DNA from: an uncultured Candidatus Saccharibacteria bacterium
Lineage (GTDB): Bacteria; Patescibacteriota; Minisyncoccia; UBA6257; 1-14-0-10-44-23
Reading direction: 5' to 3'
NCBI GenBank assembly: GCA_964641225.1
Contig: CAZXKC010000002.1
Span: forward strand, 52,893-116,892
Length of the DNA stretch: 64,000 bases
A program made the translations under genes and the position numbers. Under the pieces are notes generated by a model. It had not been told where the DNA came from and did no database searches. It saw nothing but the letters and a program-made list of their open reading frames with translations. This document shows positions 18,626-27,868 of the stretch, one piece after another. How positions within the stretch are numbered: the stretch's first letter is position 1; each line of letters starts with the position of its first letter.

Positions 18626-19714
18626 ATGACACCGATTTACTTTGGTATTTTATTGTTCGTACTCATCGCCGGTTTTGCCGTCCTACTCATGCATCTGCGC
18701 CGTTCAGGCGCCTCTAAAGACGAGGGGCAGGGTATGGTGTTGCTTCAGCAGCAGCTCCAGCAGCTGACCAGCGCCGTTGATTCCAAGCTGGGCGAGAGCC
18801 GTAAAGAGATGACTGAAAGCGTTCGCCATCAGTTTAGTCAGTCGCAGCAATTACTGCGCGAAATCAGCGAACAGATGAATAAATCGCTGGTTGATGTTAC
18901 GCGTGAGCAGACAAAAACAAACGAGCAGACTAAACAGTTCATGACAATTGCCGAGCAGCTTTCGAGCCTTGAGAAGGTACTCAAGCATCAAAAACAGCGT
19001 GGCAATCTGGGCGAGGCCTCGCTTGAGCTTATTTTGAGCAATATGCTCGCACCCGGGCAGTATAAAATGCAGCATCAGTTTAAAAATGGCGAGGTTGTTG
19101 ATGCAGTTATTCAAACTAAAGAAGGCTTGATTCCAATTGACGCTAAATTTTCATTAGATAACTACAACCGTGTTACGCAGGCGCTCGATGATCGTCAGCG
19201 CGAGGAATTAGAGAAGGTATTTCGTACTGATTTAAAAAAGCGTATCGATGAGACTGCTAAATATGTGCGGCCAGAGGAGGGAACGCTTTCGTTTGCCTTT
19301 ATGTTTATTCCTGCCGAAGGTATTTATTACGACCTGCTCGTGAACGAGGTTGGCGCGGTTAAAGTAAATACCCGTAATTTAATTGAATACGCTCAGCATG
19401 AAAAAAAGGTCATTATTGTCTCGCCGACAACCTTCTACGCATATTTGCAATCCGTGTTGTATGGATTTAAGGCGTTTAAAATTGAGCAGACGGCAAAAGA
19501 TATTATTAAGCGGGTTGATGACCTCGGTAAACATTTAAAGGCGCACGAGGATTATATGACGCGCCTTGGAAACGCAATGAGTACGACCGTCAATCATTAT
19601 AATGCCGCGTATAAAGAGCTTGGCAAAGTAGATAAGGACGTACTGCGCATCACCGGTGACGGAGTTGGGTTTGACGTCAAGCAATTAGAAAAACCCACCG
19701 TTGATAATGAATAG
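18626..19714 (+). CDS. rmuC: DNA recombination protein RmuC
   Basis: RGNLGE, IPIDAKF, FMFIPAEG, IVSPTT. Confidence 0.93.
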   Translation: MTPIYFGILLFVLIAGFAVLLMHLRRSGASKDEGQGMVLLQQQLQQLTSAVDSKLGESRKEMTESVRHQFSQSQQLLREISEQMNKSLVDVTREQTKTNEQTKQFMTIAEQLSSLEKVLKHQKQRGNLGEASLELILSNMLAPGQYKMQHQFKNGEVVDAVIQTKEGLIPIDAKFSLDNYNRVTQALDDRQREELEKVFRTDLKKRIDETAKYVRPEEGTLSFAFMFIPAEGIYYDLLVNEVGAVKVNTRNLIEYAQHEKKVIIVSPTTFYAYLQSVLYGFKAFKIEQTAKDIIKRVDDLGKHLKAHEDYMTRLGNAMSTTVNHYNAAYKELGKVDKDVLRITGDGVGFDVKQLEKPTVDNE

Positions 19715-20426
19715 GGTGCAGCAAGATTTAATGTACGATAAAAAATGGTTTAGGTTTTTGAAGAAAACCTGGCTATTTCGATATATTCCTTTTGTTGAAA
19801 TGGCGTTTGGTAGCGGCTCACTTGCGGTAGGTAATGTTGATGAAGAATCAGATTTTGACGTACTGATTGGCGTGCGGGAGGGCAGAATTTTTACCGCGCG
19901 TTTTTGCGCAGCGCTACTGTTTGGCGTGTTTGGGTGGCGCAGGTCAAAGTTGGATCACAGCGTGGCTGCGAGCGACAAGATTTGCCTCAATCATTTTATG
20001 ACGCCGCAGACGTATCGGTTTCAACTGGAGTATAACGAGTACTGGAAGATGATGTATCAAGGGTTAGCTCCAATTTATGGCAGCGATGAAAAAGTGAAGG
20101 CATTCTTTGATGCAAACAGAGGCTGGGTAGGGGATTTTACGTACGAAGGCGATCTACGGCATCTACACAAAACATCTGCTCTAAAAAAACGTTTTTTTGA
20201 ATCTTTACTCGCTGGTAATTTTGGAGATTGGGTAGAAAAAAAGTTAAAAGCGTATCAAATACAACGAATCGAAAGAGGGTTGCCGCAAGAGCAGCAGGGT
20301 AAGGCGCCGCGCATTATTCGTGTATCTGGCAGTGCGCCAGCTCAGGTTGATTTGCCCCCGCTTATTAAATACACCGATACCGAGCTTGAGTTTCATCCTG
20401 ATCCGGTGCGAATAGAAATAGTTTAG
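19707..20426 (+). CDS. Nucleotidyltransferase-fold protein
   Basis: GSLAVGNVDEESDFD (GS...DxD); KICLNH. Confidence 0.7.
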   Translation: MNRVQQDLMYDKKWFRFLKKTWLFRYIPFVEMAFGSGSLAVGNVDEESDFDVLIGVREGRIFTARFCAALLFGVFGWRRSKLDHSVAASDKICLNHFMTPQTYRFQLEYNEYWKMMYQGLAPIYGSDEKVKAFFDANRGWVGDFTYEGDLRHLHKTSALKKRFFESLLAGNFGDWVEKKLKAYQIQRIERGLPQEQQGKAPRIIRVSGSAPAQVDLPPLIKYTDTELEFHPDPVRIEIV

Positions 20427-20427
20427 T

Positions 20428-20469
20428 ATATATCACTATCTAGAACGGCCGTTCTAGATAGTGATATAT
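20428..20469. repeat. 42-bp perfect palindrome
   Basis: atatatcactatctagaacgg|ccgttctagatagtgatatat. Confidence 0.9.
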
Positions 20470-20653
20470 TATAAGATAGGCGTTAATATTTTACGAAAGG
20501 TTTGCGCTATAATGAGGGTATGCCCCGTAATACAACCGCGAGCATTGCCTACGGCAATTAGATCGTGTGGGCACGATAGCATCGCACCTTTATATTGCAT
20601 GAGGAATGTATTCTATTACAAACTCTTAAAAACTCGCGGTTGATATACAGGGT

Positions 20654-21574
20654 ATGGCCAAGATTGATGAGCTTCTTCAGGATTATTTGGATTATTTGAC
20701 TGTCGAGAAGGGGCGCTCGCCAAAGACGAGGCGTAATTACGAGCATTATTTGCGCGTATTTTTTAAGGATGCCGATATCAAGAAAGAAACAGATATTACC
20801 GAGCGCGTAGTTAAATCATTTCGTGTGCGACTTTCAGAGCAGCAGAGCGGTCGTGGTGGCGTGATGAAAAAGGTAACGCAGAATTATTACGTGATCGCGC
20901 TTCGCAGTTTTTTGAAATATCTTGCCAAGCATGATCATAACGTGATTGCCGCCGACAAGATTGAACTACCGAAAATTGCACAGCGCCAGATTGATATTCC
21001 TGAATATAAAGAGTTTGATCGACTGATGAGCGCCCCAGAGGGCGAAAGCCTGCGCGCACTGCGCGATCGCGCCATCTTAGAGACACTATTTTCAACAGGC
21101 CTGCGTGTTTCTGAGTTATGTAACCTGAGTCGCTACCTTGATCTGAGTCGCGGAGAGATAACCGTACGCGGTAAGGGTGAAAAACTGCGCGTGGTGTTTT
21201 TTTCAGATAGCTGTAAGGCAACGATAAAAAAGTATTTAGATGCGCGCGGCGATGCTATGGAGTGGATGTTTGTCAGTCTCACACGGGTTCCGAAGAAATC
21301 GCAGAAGCCACCGAAGGTGATCGGCAAAATAACTCCGCGTTCTGTGCAAAACATGGTGAATTTTTATTCCCGCAAAGCCGGGCTTTCTCAGAAGGTGACG
21401 CCACACAAGCTTCGTCACTTATTTGCCACTGACTTACTGATTAACGGCGCCGACCTGCGTTCCGTTCAAGAACTGCTTGGTCACAGCAATATTTCTACCA
21501 CGCAAATTTATACGCACTTAACTAATAAACAATTAGGGGACGTGCATAAGAAATTCCATGGAAAGCGGACGTAG
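20654..21574 (+). CDS. Tyrosine recombinase, XerC/XerD type
   Basis: TGLRVSEL, GKGEKLR, PHKLRH, LLGH, TTQIYTH. Confidence 0.92.
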   Translation: MAKIDELLQDYLDYLTVEKGRSPKTRRNYEHYLRVFFKDADIKKETDITERVVKSFRVRLSEQQSGRGGVMKKVTQNYYVIALRSFLKYLAKHDHNVIAADKIELPKIAQRQIDIPEYKEFDRLMSAPEGESLRALRDRAILETLFSTGLRVSELCNLSRYLDLSRGEITVRGKGEKLRVVFFSDSCKATIKKYLDARGDAMEWMFVSLTRVPKKSQKPPKVIGKITPRSVQNMVNFYSRKAGLSQKVTPHKLRHLFATDLLINGADLRSVQELLGHSNISTTQIYTHLTNKQLGDVHKKFHGKRT

Positions 21575-21610
21575 ACTAATAGGGTTTTTTGCGACATAAT
21601 AGCCTTTATC

Positions 21611-21692
21611 GCTCTCGTGGTGAAATTGGCAGACACGCCACCCTTAGGAGGTGGTGCCGCAAGGCATGGAGGTTCAAGTCCTCCCGAGAGCA
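21611..21692 (+). tRNA. tRNA-Leu (TAG)
   Basis: ccacc-ct-TAG-ga-ggtgg; long variable arm; acceptor gctctcg/cgagagc. Confidence 0.95.
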
Positions 21693-21698
21693 CCCTGA

Positions 21699-21732
21699 AA
21701 ATCAAAAACGCCCTTGCGGGCGTTTTTGATTT
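21699..21732. terminator. Bidirectional terminator
   Basis: aaatcaaaaacgccc-ttgc-gggcgtttttgattt. Confidence 0.75.
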
Positions 21733-21743
21733 GATACCAATTA

Positions 21744-22091
21744 CTAACCTTGTCCGAGCAACTGCGCAACTACGAACGATACTCCTTGTGCCAAGAAGGC
21801 GACGGCGATGGCAACTACTGCGTAGATGATGCGCTGGTGAGCTGCTTTAACTTTTTCTTCGTCACCACCAGAGGTCAGGTAAGCGAAGGCGGCCCAGATG
21901 ATCATCAGTACTGCGACAACGAGTAAAATAGTGAACAACCAGCGGATGACGGTGTCAAAAATACCAAGAACTCCTTCAAAGCTACGAATGCCTGGAGGCG
22001 GAGTCGTTGTCGGGATATCGATAGCCATAGCAGCTAGAGGCATAAAGGCTACGAATGCAATTGCGCTGATCGCGAGAATCTTTTTCTTCAT
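21744..22091 (-). CDS. TrbC/VirB2-like pilin
   Basis: Signal peptide, two TM flanking YLTSGGDEEKVKAA. Confidence 0.85.
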   Translation of the reverse strand: MKKKILAISAIAFVAFMPLAAMAIDIPTTTPPPGIRSFEGVLGIFDTVIRWLFTILLVVAVLMIIWAAFAYLTSGGDEEKVKAAHQRIIYAVVAIAVAFLAQGVSFVVAQLLGQG

Positions 22092-22214
22092 ACGTTGTTA
22101 TTAATTTGTAAAACTTAATTCGTTAATTCAAGTATAACATATCTCTATGTGTATATAGCGGATTCGGTGGATAACGTACAGTTTGAATAGGGAATTTTTT
22201 GATCATTTGACCTA

Positions 22215-22409
22215 GAGCCTGCTGAGAAACCCCCTCCGTACCGCGTTGCTCAGCCACAACGGCTGGCAACCCTCTGGGATCCGACAAAAACCCGTTAGCC
22301 CTTTGTCGGCTCGTCCTCGAAGTAGCCGAAGCTACTCCTTGCGGCGAGTCTTCTCGGTCTAACGGGTTTTTGTCTAGATCGCGGTTGAAGGGGGTTTCCC
22401 GGCAGGCTC
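22215..22409. mobile_element. MITE-like structured repeat, family A, copy 2
   Basis: ~30-bp imperfect TIR GAGCCTGC.G.GAAACCCCCT; flanked by TA at 22213-14 and 22410-11. Confidence 0.75.
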
Positions 22410-22435
22410 TAAATGCCACTAATATGCGCTAATAC

Positions 22436-22492
22436 TTGACAAAATAGATATAGTATGCTATACTATAATTCGTCAGTCGTGTACCTTGAAAA
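22436..22492 (+). promoter_or_regulatory. Sigma70-type promoter plus boxA-like motif
   Basis: TTGACA-17-TATACT with extended TG; GTACCTTGAAAA at 22481-22492. Confidence 0.65.
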
Positions 22493-22713
22493 CCTAGGTA
22501 TAGAGCCGTTTTTAGCGGTTTTATGCAATACCTTGCTCTAATTCGTCACGAAATGGGAATCGTATAGCTGATAATGCATAGTCAGCTATACAACTCCCGT
22601 TTCGTGTTAAGTTTGGTTCCTTGTGGAGCCAGCACGGATGGGGCAAGGGCTCTAGTGGCCCGACGCGGGCAAAAGAATGGCCCGCGTTAAGCGGCCATTG
22701 GAGGAGAAAGAAC

Positions 22714-23772
22714 ATGAGTGCAGGACACGGTAGTGGCGGTGGCAAGGGGATGGCGATCTTCGGACTGGTCATCCTGACCACCGTAATCGCCGTGCTCTTC
22801 ATGGTCTTGCCGGAGGAATACCAGCTGCTGATCGGCGCCATCGCGCTTGTCGCAGGGCTCGGACTCACGGCAGTCATCTTCTGTGCGAAGAGCGTTGTCT
22901 TCAACAAGGCAGGGCATGCTCTGATCCAGGAGGAGTTTGGTGATCCCGTAGGAGACGTGAAGAGAAGCCCGGGACCCGCATGGGTTCCGGCATATCGCCG
23001 ACCGATCGTGGTGCACGAGGAGATCAAGACCCTCGATACTACGATCAGGATCGTCACCAGCGGCAGCGCTCAGCCGATTCCCGGACTCTCGATGCTCGCT
23101 AGTCTGCCCGAAGGGCTCGCGATCGAGATTGATGGCTTCATCCGCTATCGGGATTCGGCCACGGTGCTCGACGCCATGGGCAATCCTCAGGTTCTCAGAG
23201 TCAGCAGGCAGAACAGGGAGACTGCGATTCGGCACGCCAGCGAATCGGTGGGCACTATGATCGGCTCCGGATATACGATGGGGGACATCCTCCTGCATCT
23301 TCCGGAGGTCGACAAGATCCACAAGTGCCGACTCGAGCTCTCTCGCATGCCCAATGACGACTCGAGGTTCCTGGATCACTACGGCGTTCGTCGTCCTGTG
23401 CCTCACAAGCTGCCGGACTTCTTCCGTCGTAACCACGCCCGAGTTGACGAGTGGATCGAGCGGTGGGCGGCCACTGAGTCTTCCAGGACCGAAAAGGATG
23501 TCGCGGTCGAGATCATCGAGACCGGAATCCGCAGGGTCAGGCTGCCTCCCCAGATCGACGCTCTCAATCAGCGTAGGGTCTACGGCATCGTCTTCGGCGA
23601 GCTCGTCAAGTCTTACGTTGACGACTACGGAATGACGCCTGCTGAGGCCAAGATCAGCGCTGCTCAAGTGCTGGGGTTCGATGCCCAGACGCGCGAGGTT
23701 CGTTCAACCGGAACTGGCAGGGGTCGTAACATCAACGTGATCGATGGCGGTCACGGCGGTTCGCACCACTAG
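22714..23772 (+). CDS. SPFH/band-7-like membrane protein (divergent)
   Basis: 2 TM then EEFG..., IEIDGFIRYR, VEIIETGIRRVRLPPQI; GGAGG SD. Confidence 0.55.
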   Translation: MSAGHGSGGGKGMAIFGLVILTTVIAVLFMVLPEEYQLLIGAIALVAGLGLTAVIFCAKSVVFNKAGHALIQEEFGDPVGDVKRSPGPAWVPAYRRPIVVHEEIKTLDTTIRIVTSGSAQPIPGLSMLASLPEGLAIEIDGFIRYRDSATVLDAMGNPQVLRVSRQNRETAIRHASESVGTMIGSGYTMGDILLHLPEVDKIHKCRLELSRMPNDDSRFLDHYGVRRPVPHKLPDFFRRNHARVDEWIERWAATESSRTEKDVAVEIIETGIRRVRLPPQIDALNQRRVYGIVFGELVKSYVDDYGMTPAEAKISAAQVLGFDAQTREVRSTGTGRGRNINVIDGGHGGSHH

Positions 23773-23807
23773 CGTAGTTCACTTCACAGAGAAAGGAATT
23801 CGGAAAG

Positions 23808-24407
23808 ATGACTGAAGCACACGCGCCGCATGCTGAAGAAGAGCACGGCCACGACGCTGACGAACCCGTCTTCGAGACGGCTCCTACCTTCTGGGACGAG
23901 CAGAAGAGCTGGCTCGTGCCGGTCCTCGTGATTCTCATCACGCTGGCCTTCGTTGTTCCGATCGTCTTGCTCCTGAAGGCGCATGCGAAGGCGAAGCAGG
24001 AGGCACTCAAGCAGGTGCCCGCGGCCGTCCAGCCGCAGGCGACTCAGCAGTACGGCGTGCCGGTGGCTGCGCCACAGGTCGTCGAGATGCCCCAGGACGA
24101 GGTCTACCCGCGCGATATCGCCGGCGGCAAGACCTGGGAGAAGATCTACGGCGGCACCCGGGCGAAGGTCCGGCGGCCGGCCAACGGGTATGTCCAGTGG
24201 CAGGACGTGCTCATCAGTACAGACGGGAAGAGTTGGCAGAACTTCCCGGACGGTCGTAACAACTACGACCACACGCTCGCCGAGCAGTCCGGAGTCTTCG
24301 ATATCCGGGCCGTCGATGAAACGATTCCGTTCAATCGCGGAATCAGGGTGGTGATCGCCGACCATCCGCTGCCCGATCCTCCCGGTGCGGGAACGATCGT
24401 CAAGTAG
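23808..24407 (+). CDS. Hypothetical single-TM protein
   Basis: His/Glu-rich N-terminus, TM, GC3-biased codons, AAGGA SD. Confidence 0.7.
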   Translation: MTEAHAPHAEEEHGHDADEPVFETAPTFWDEQKSWLVPVLVILITLAFVVPIVLLLKAHAKAKQEALKQVPAAVQPQATQQYGVPVAAPQVVEMPQDEVYPRDIAGGKTWEKIYGGTRAKVRRPANGYVQWQDVLISTDGKSWQNFPDGRNNYDHTLAEQSGVFDIRAVDETIPFNRGIRVVIADHPLPDPPGAGTIVK

Positions 24408-24477
24408 GGCAGTTAGTCAGCGTATCGCGAGACACAAGAAAGGAGGCGAAATTAAGCCGTCGTGTCTCGCAGCAAGA

Positions 24478-24514
24478 AGGGCCCCGATGACCGCAAGGTT
24501 GTCGGGGCTTTTTC
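24478..24514 (+). terminator. Intrinsic terminator of the orphan cassette
   Basis: gccccgatgacc-gcaa-ggttgtcggggc followed by a T tract. Confidence 0.7.
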
Positions 24515-24582
24515 TATTGGAGAGGGAAATAAAACCGGGCGGCCTGAGTAGGCCGCCCGGAAAGATCTTTGCCGATCTATAT

Positions 24583-25080
24583 TTAAAACTTGATATTTGG
24601 GTTGAGCTGAATGCTGCCGTACTTTGTGTTGACGTTGATGCTGGCGTTTACATTGCCATTCTGGTTTCCGTTAAGACCATTTTGGCCAACTGCGCTGCTG
24701 CCGTCGCTGACGAGCTGGTATACAACAAATACAATGCCTTTTGAAAGAAGAGCGACGGCAATTGCTACTGCGGCGTAAATGATCATCTTGTGGGCTGAAG
24801 CAACGGCCTCTTCTGCGCCTCCTGAGAACATGTATTTGTAGGCCGCAAAGATGATCCACATCACGGCGAGTACGAGCAGGAGGATAAACATCCAGTTGGC
24901 GATCGTAACGATCAGGCCCTGAATGCCGCTTAAGCCATCACCGCTTTGACCTAAGATTGTGTTTTGCGCGCAGGGGATCGGGCCGCTACAGTCTTGCGTA
25001 ATGTTTTGCTGCGCAAAGGCAACGACGGGCAACAAGAATGTTGCAAGAGAGGCCGCTACAGTTGTAATAAATGTTTTCAT
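24583..25080 (-). CDS. TrbC/VirB2-like pilin with an Asn-rich tail
   Basis: YMFSGGAEEAVASAHK between two TM. Confidence 0.82.
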   Translation of the reverse strand: MKTFITTVAASLATFLLPVVAFAQQNITQDCSGPIPCAQNTILGQSGDGLSGIQGLIVTIANWMFILLLVLAVMWIIFAAYKYMFSGGAEEAVASAHKMIIYAAVAIAVALLSKGIVFVVYQLVSDGSSAVGQNGLNGNQNGNVNASINVNTKYGSIQLNPNIKF

Positions 25081-25092
25081 GCAGATGATAAA

Positions 25093-25821
25093 TTAATTTA
25101 TATTACGGCCATCGAGTGGCCGAATCTCGCCTCCGCTGACACACATAACTGGTCTGCGGCCGTTGGAGCACTGCTGAACCTCGGCGGTGTGTCCTGGAAT
25201 ACTGTAAGGTACAAGTACCGACTGCTTGCCGTCGCTTAAGGTTATATTACTCAAGCTGCCAAAAGTTTGTCCATCCATAATCACAGCAGGGTATTTGGTT
25301 ACGTAACTACCCGAGCTATCTTTGTCGTTGCTGCAGTAGTCGACGAAGACGTCGGTCAGTGTCGGGTGAGGTACTTTAAAGAAGCCGACACCTGGATTTG
25401 CGCAGATTCCCGGAGTAGGGCCTAGCGCAGAGGTTGCCGGCGTTGAGGTTGCCGAGGTCGAGGTGGTGCCACCGCTTCCGCCAAGCACAAAGCGCTGTAC
25501 CGTAAAGACGATACCTTTAGCGAGTGTGCCGACGGCAATAGCGACGGCGGCGTACATCAGCATCTTGTGCGCAGTGCTGACACCTTCTTCGCTGCCACCA
25601 CTAAACAAGTATTTGTAGGCTGCGTAGACGATAAAGGCAACGGCCAGAACAATTAAAAGAGTGAAAAACCAGTTGATGACGGTGTTGATGAGCGCAAGTA
25701 CAGAATCTTCTCCTTGCGGCAGACTGTCTGGTAGTTGTTGGACGCCGCTGACTTGAGCCATTGCTAAGGCAGGAGAGAGAGTCAGGAGCGTAAGTGTCAG
25801 AGCAGTAAAAAGTTTTCGCAT
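25093..25821 (-). CDS. TrbC/VirB2-like pilin with a C-terminal Cys-containing domain
   Basis: YLFSGGSEEGVSTAHK; S/T linker; 4 Cys. Confidence 0.8.
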   Translation of the reverse strand: MRKLFTALTLTLLTLSPALAMAQVSGVQQLPDSLPQGEDSVLALINTVINWFFTLLIVLAVAFIVYAAYKYLFSGGSEEGVSTAHKMLMYAAVAIAVGTLAKGIVFTVQRFVLGGSGGTTSTSATSTPATSALGPTPGICANPGVGFFKVPHPTLTDVFVDYCSNDKDSSGSYVTKYPAVIMDGQTFGSLSNITLSDGKQSVLVPYSIPGHTAEVQQCSNGRRPVMCVSGGEIRPLDGRNIN

Positions 25822-25825
25822 ATGA

Positions 25826-26230
25826 TTACACCTTTGTTACAAAGTTTTGTACGAGCGAAACTAATCCGCGCGAAAGGGTTGCAACAGCGACTGCGATAGC
25901 GCCGTACATAATCATTTTGTGCGCTGTGCCGACATTTTCGCCGCCACCGGCTGTTAGGTAAATAAAGGCGGCGTAGATAAACATGATGATCGCTACCGAG
26001 ATAAAGATGGTGAACATCCAGTTGATGATTTTGTTGATCAAGCCAATTACTTTTTCTTCAGTATCAAGTACGCCTTCGGTGTTGCCGGCACCGTTTGGTG
26101 GTACCTGCTGCACATTGGTCGGGCTACCGTTTGGTGGTACCTGCGTTGTTTGCGCTGTGGCAATAAATGGTGAAGCGATCAGAATACCTGCAGAAAGACC
26201 GGCTGCTAAAAGAACAAGAGTTTTTTTCAT
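25826..26230 (-). CDS. TrbC/VirB2-like pilin
   Basis: YLTAGGGENVGTAHK; QVPPNG duplicated. Confidence 0.82.
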   Translation of the reverse strand: MKKTLVLLAAGLSAGILIASPFIATAQTTQVPPNGSPTNVQQVPPNGAGNTEGVLDTEEKVIGLINKIINWMFTIFISVAIIMFIYAAFIYLTAGGGENVGTAHKMIMYGAIAVAVATLSRGLVSLVQNFVTKV

Positions 26231-26236
26231 ACTCTC

Positions 26237-26620
26237 TTATAGGGATGGAGTTAATAATTTTTGAACGATTGCAACAATGCCTTGAGCCGCCAGGATGATT
26301 ACGTATCCGATAACAGTATACACAATTGTGTTACGTCCGGTCGCAAACTTTTCCGGATTGCCGGCGGCAAACACCATTTGAAATGCACCAAAGATAACGA
26401 TCAGCGGAACAAGAATCGTGATGATTTTAACGGCTTGTGTAAAGAAATTTTTTAACAGACCTGGTAGGGTTGCATTTGCTCCTAGGGGATTACAGAGCGT
26501 AATCTCGCCATGAGGGCCCGGCGGGCAGCTTGTGTCGTCGGCTGCAAAGGAAACAGAGCCTACGCTTATAATACTAAGCGTGAGTAAGCCTGCAGCAATC
26601 GCTAATAATGCCTTATTCAT
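26237..26620 (-). CDS. TrbC/VirB2-like pilin
   Basis: LCNPLG; FAAGNPEKFATGR. Confidence 0.82.
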   Translation of the reverse strand: MNKALLAIAAGLLTLSIISVGSVSFAADDTSCPPGPHGEITLCNPLGANATLPGLLKNFFTQAVKIITILVPLIVIFGAFQMVFAAGNPEKFATGRNTIVYTVIGYVIILAAQGIVAIVQKLLTPSL

Positions 26621-26628
26621 TGCACTTA

Positions 26629-27867
26629 TTATAACCCACTTGGTCGGAAGACGGTAGCAACCCCCAGTGCATCAAAGATAAATTTAATAACGAGGTAGGA
26701 GACGGAGACATAGACCAAGCCCAAGATTGCTGTTTTGGCAACGGTGATGCCTTGGCTTACTTTCTCGCTGCTGCCGCCGGAGGTCATCACTTTAAAACCA
26801 GCGTAACCGATCATCAGGAAGATAATCGGCAAAATAATAACCGTCAGCCACTTGATGATGTTTTTAATCAGTTGCACGAATGCGTTCAGGCCGCAGGCGC
26901 CTGGTGTGTTTGGGGGAAGGACGGGGTCACACTGAGGGACTATGCCGCCGCCGGAATTTGTGTTGCTGCCGACTACGCCCGTATTAAGTTCTCTCAGGGC
27001 AACTTTAATACCATCTATACACCCACTTGTGTAGCTATTATTGTAGTCAATTTGTTTGTAGCCCTCGTTAATCGGAAGTTTATATTTAGCTTGTGGTGCT
27101 GTTGTGCAGTTTATGCCTAGTGAGTCGCCCTTAGTAATGACTTCGCGGTATCCATCTACGCAGCCAACTCTGTATCCCAGTGCCATTACGTCTGTGTCAG
27201 AGCCAACGAGTGTATTACAATTTCTGATTTTTGAAGAAATTGCCTGCATTTCTGCAGTAAAAGGAATGGAAACAAGCGGTATGCTGTTTCTGTAGTCTTC
27301 GTATGACCTGTTGTATCCTGCAAGACAGCCGCGGTTAGCGATGACATCAGTGTTATTGCAGATCGAGAAGGAGTCGGGTTTTTTGTCGGTATTAACCTGG
27401 TCGATATAGCCGTCAATGCAGCCTTGATTAAATCTGTTCTGCTCTGCGCTGCCAATAAGTGGGTTCGAGCTTGCATATTCACTGGCTTTATTGGTGAGCT
27501 GCTGGCAAATCCGAGCAACATCATCAAGCGTCATCTTTCGGTCTGCAAGTTTTGAGCTGGCAGTGACCGTATACAGCTCAGAGCCTTTCGCAAAGCCGTC
27601 ATAGCAGCCGTTTACCCAGTCAGTGGCATTTGCTCCTGAAGGAGCGGCAATTCGTACACAAAAAGAGTCCTTATCAGTCGCTCCGGTAATCGCGCGAGTG
27701 CAGCCGCTGGTGTATCCCTGTTGATAGCTTTGAGGGTTGCTGCTATTTGGAGTAGGGCAGGTTGCTGCGTCTGTTATCGCGGGAGTGTGTAACACTGCTG
27801 ATGCAAGAAACATTGCTGCAATGCTTGTGCGTACAATATATCTAGCTATTTTTTGAATTCGACGCAT
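26629..27867 (-). CDS. Large pilin-domain protein with Cys-rich N-terminal repeats
   Basis: C-terminal GIVPQC...MTSGGSSEKVSQG; repeated GCxDGY-like motifs. Confidence 0.78.
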   Translation of the reverse strand: MRRIQKIARYIVRTSIAAMFLASAVLHTPAITDAATCPTPNSSNPQSYQQGYTSGCTRAITGATDKDSFCVRIAAPSGANATDWVNGCYDGFAKGSELYTVTASSKLADRKMTLDDVARICQQLTNKASEYASSNPLIGSAEQNRFNQGCIDGYIDQVNTDKKPDSFSICNNTDVIANRGCLAGYNRSYEDYRNSIPLVSIPFTAEMQAISSKIRNCNTLVGSDTDVMALGYRVGCVDGYREVITKGDSLGINCTTAPQAKYKLPINEGYKQIDYNNSYTSGCIDGIKVALRELNTGVVGSNTNSGGGIVPQCDPVLPPNTPGACGLNAFVQLIKNIIKWLTVIILPIIFLMIGYAGFKVMTSGGSSEKVSQGITVAKTAILGLVYVSVSYLVIKFIFDALGVATVFRPSGL

Positions 27868-27868
27868 A

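Noticed and set aside
20654-21692. Prophage or island integrase at tRNA-Leu
   Set aside because: The protein has Xer size and motifs; I found no tRNA 3' duplication and no phage genes.
22687-24365. Long antisense ORFs (326 and 193 aa)
   Set aside because: Shadow frames of GC3-rich genes; the SD sites, promoter and TM pattern all favour the + strand.
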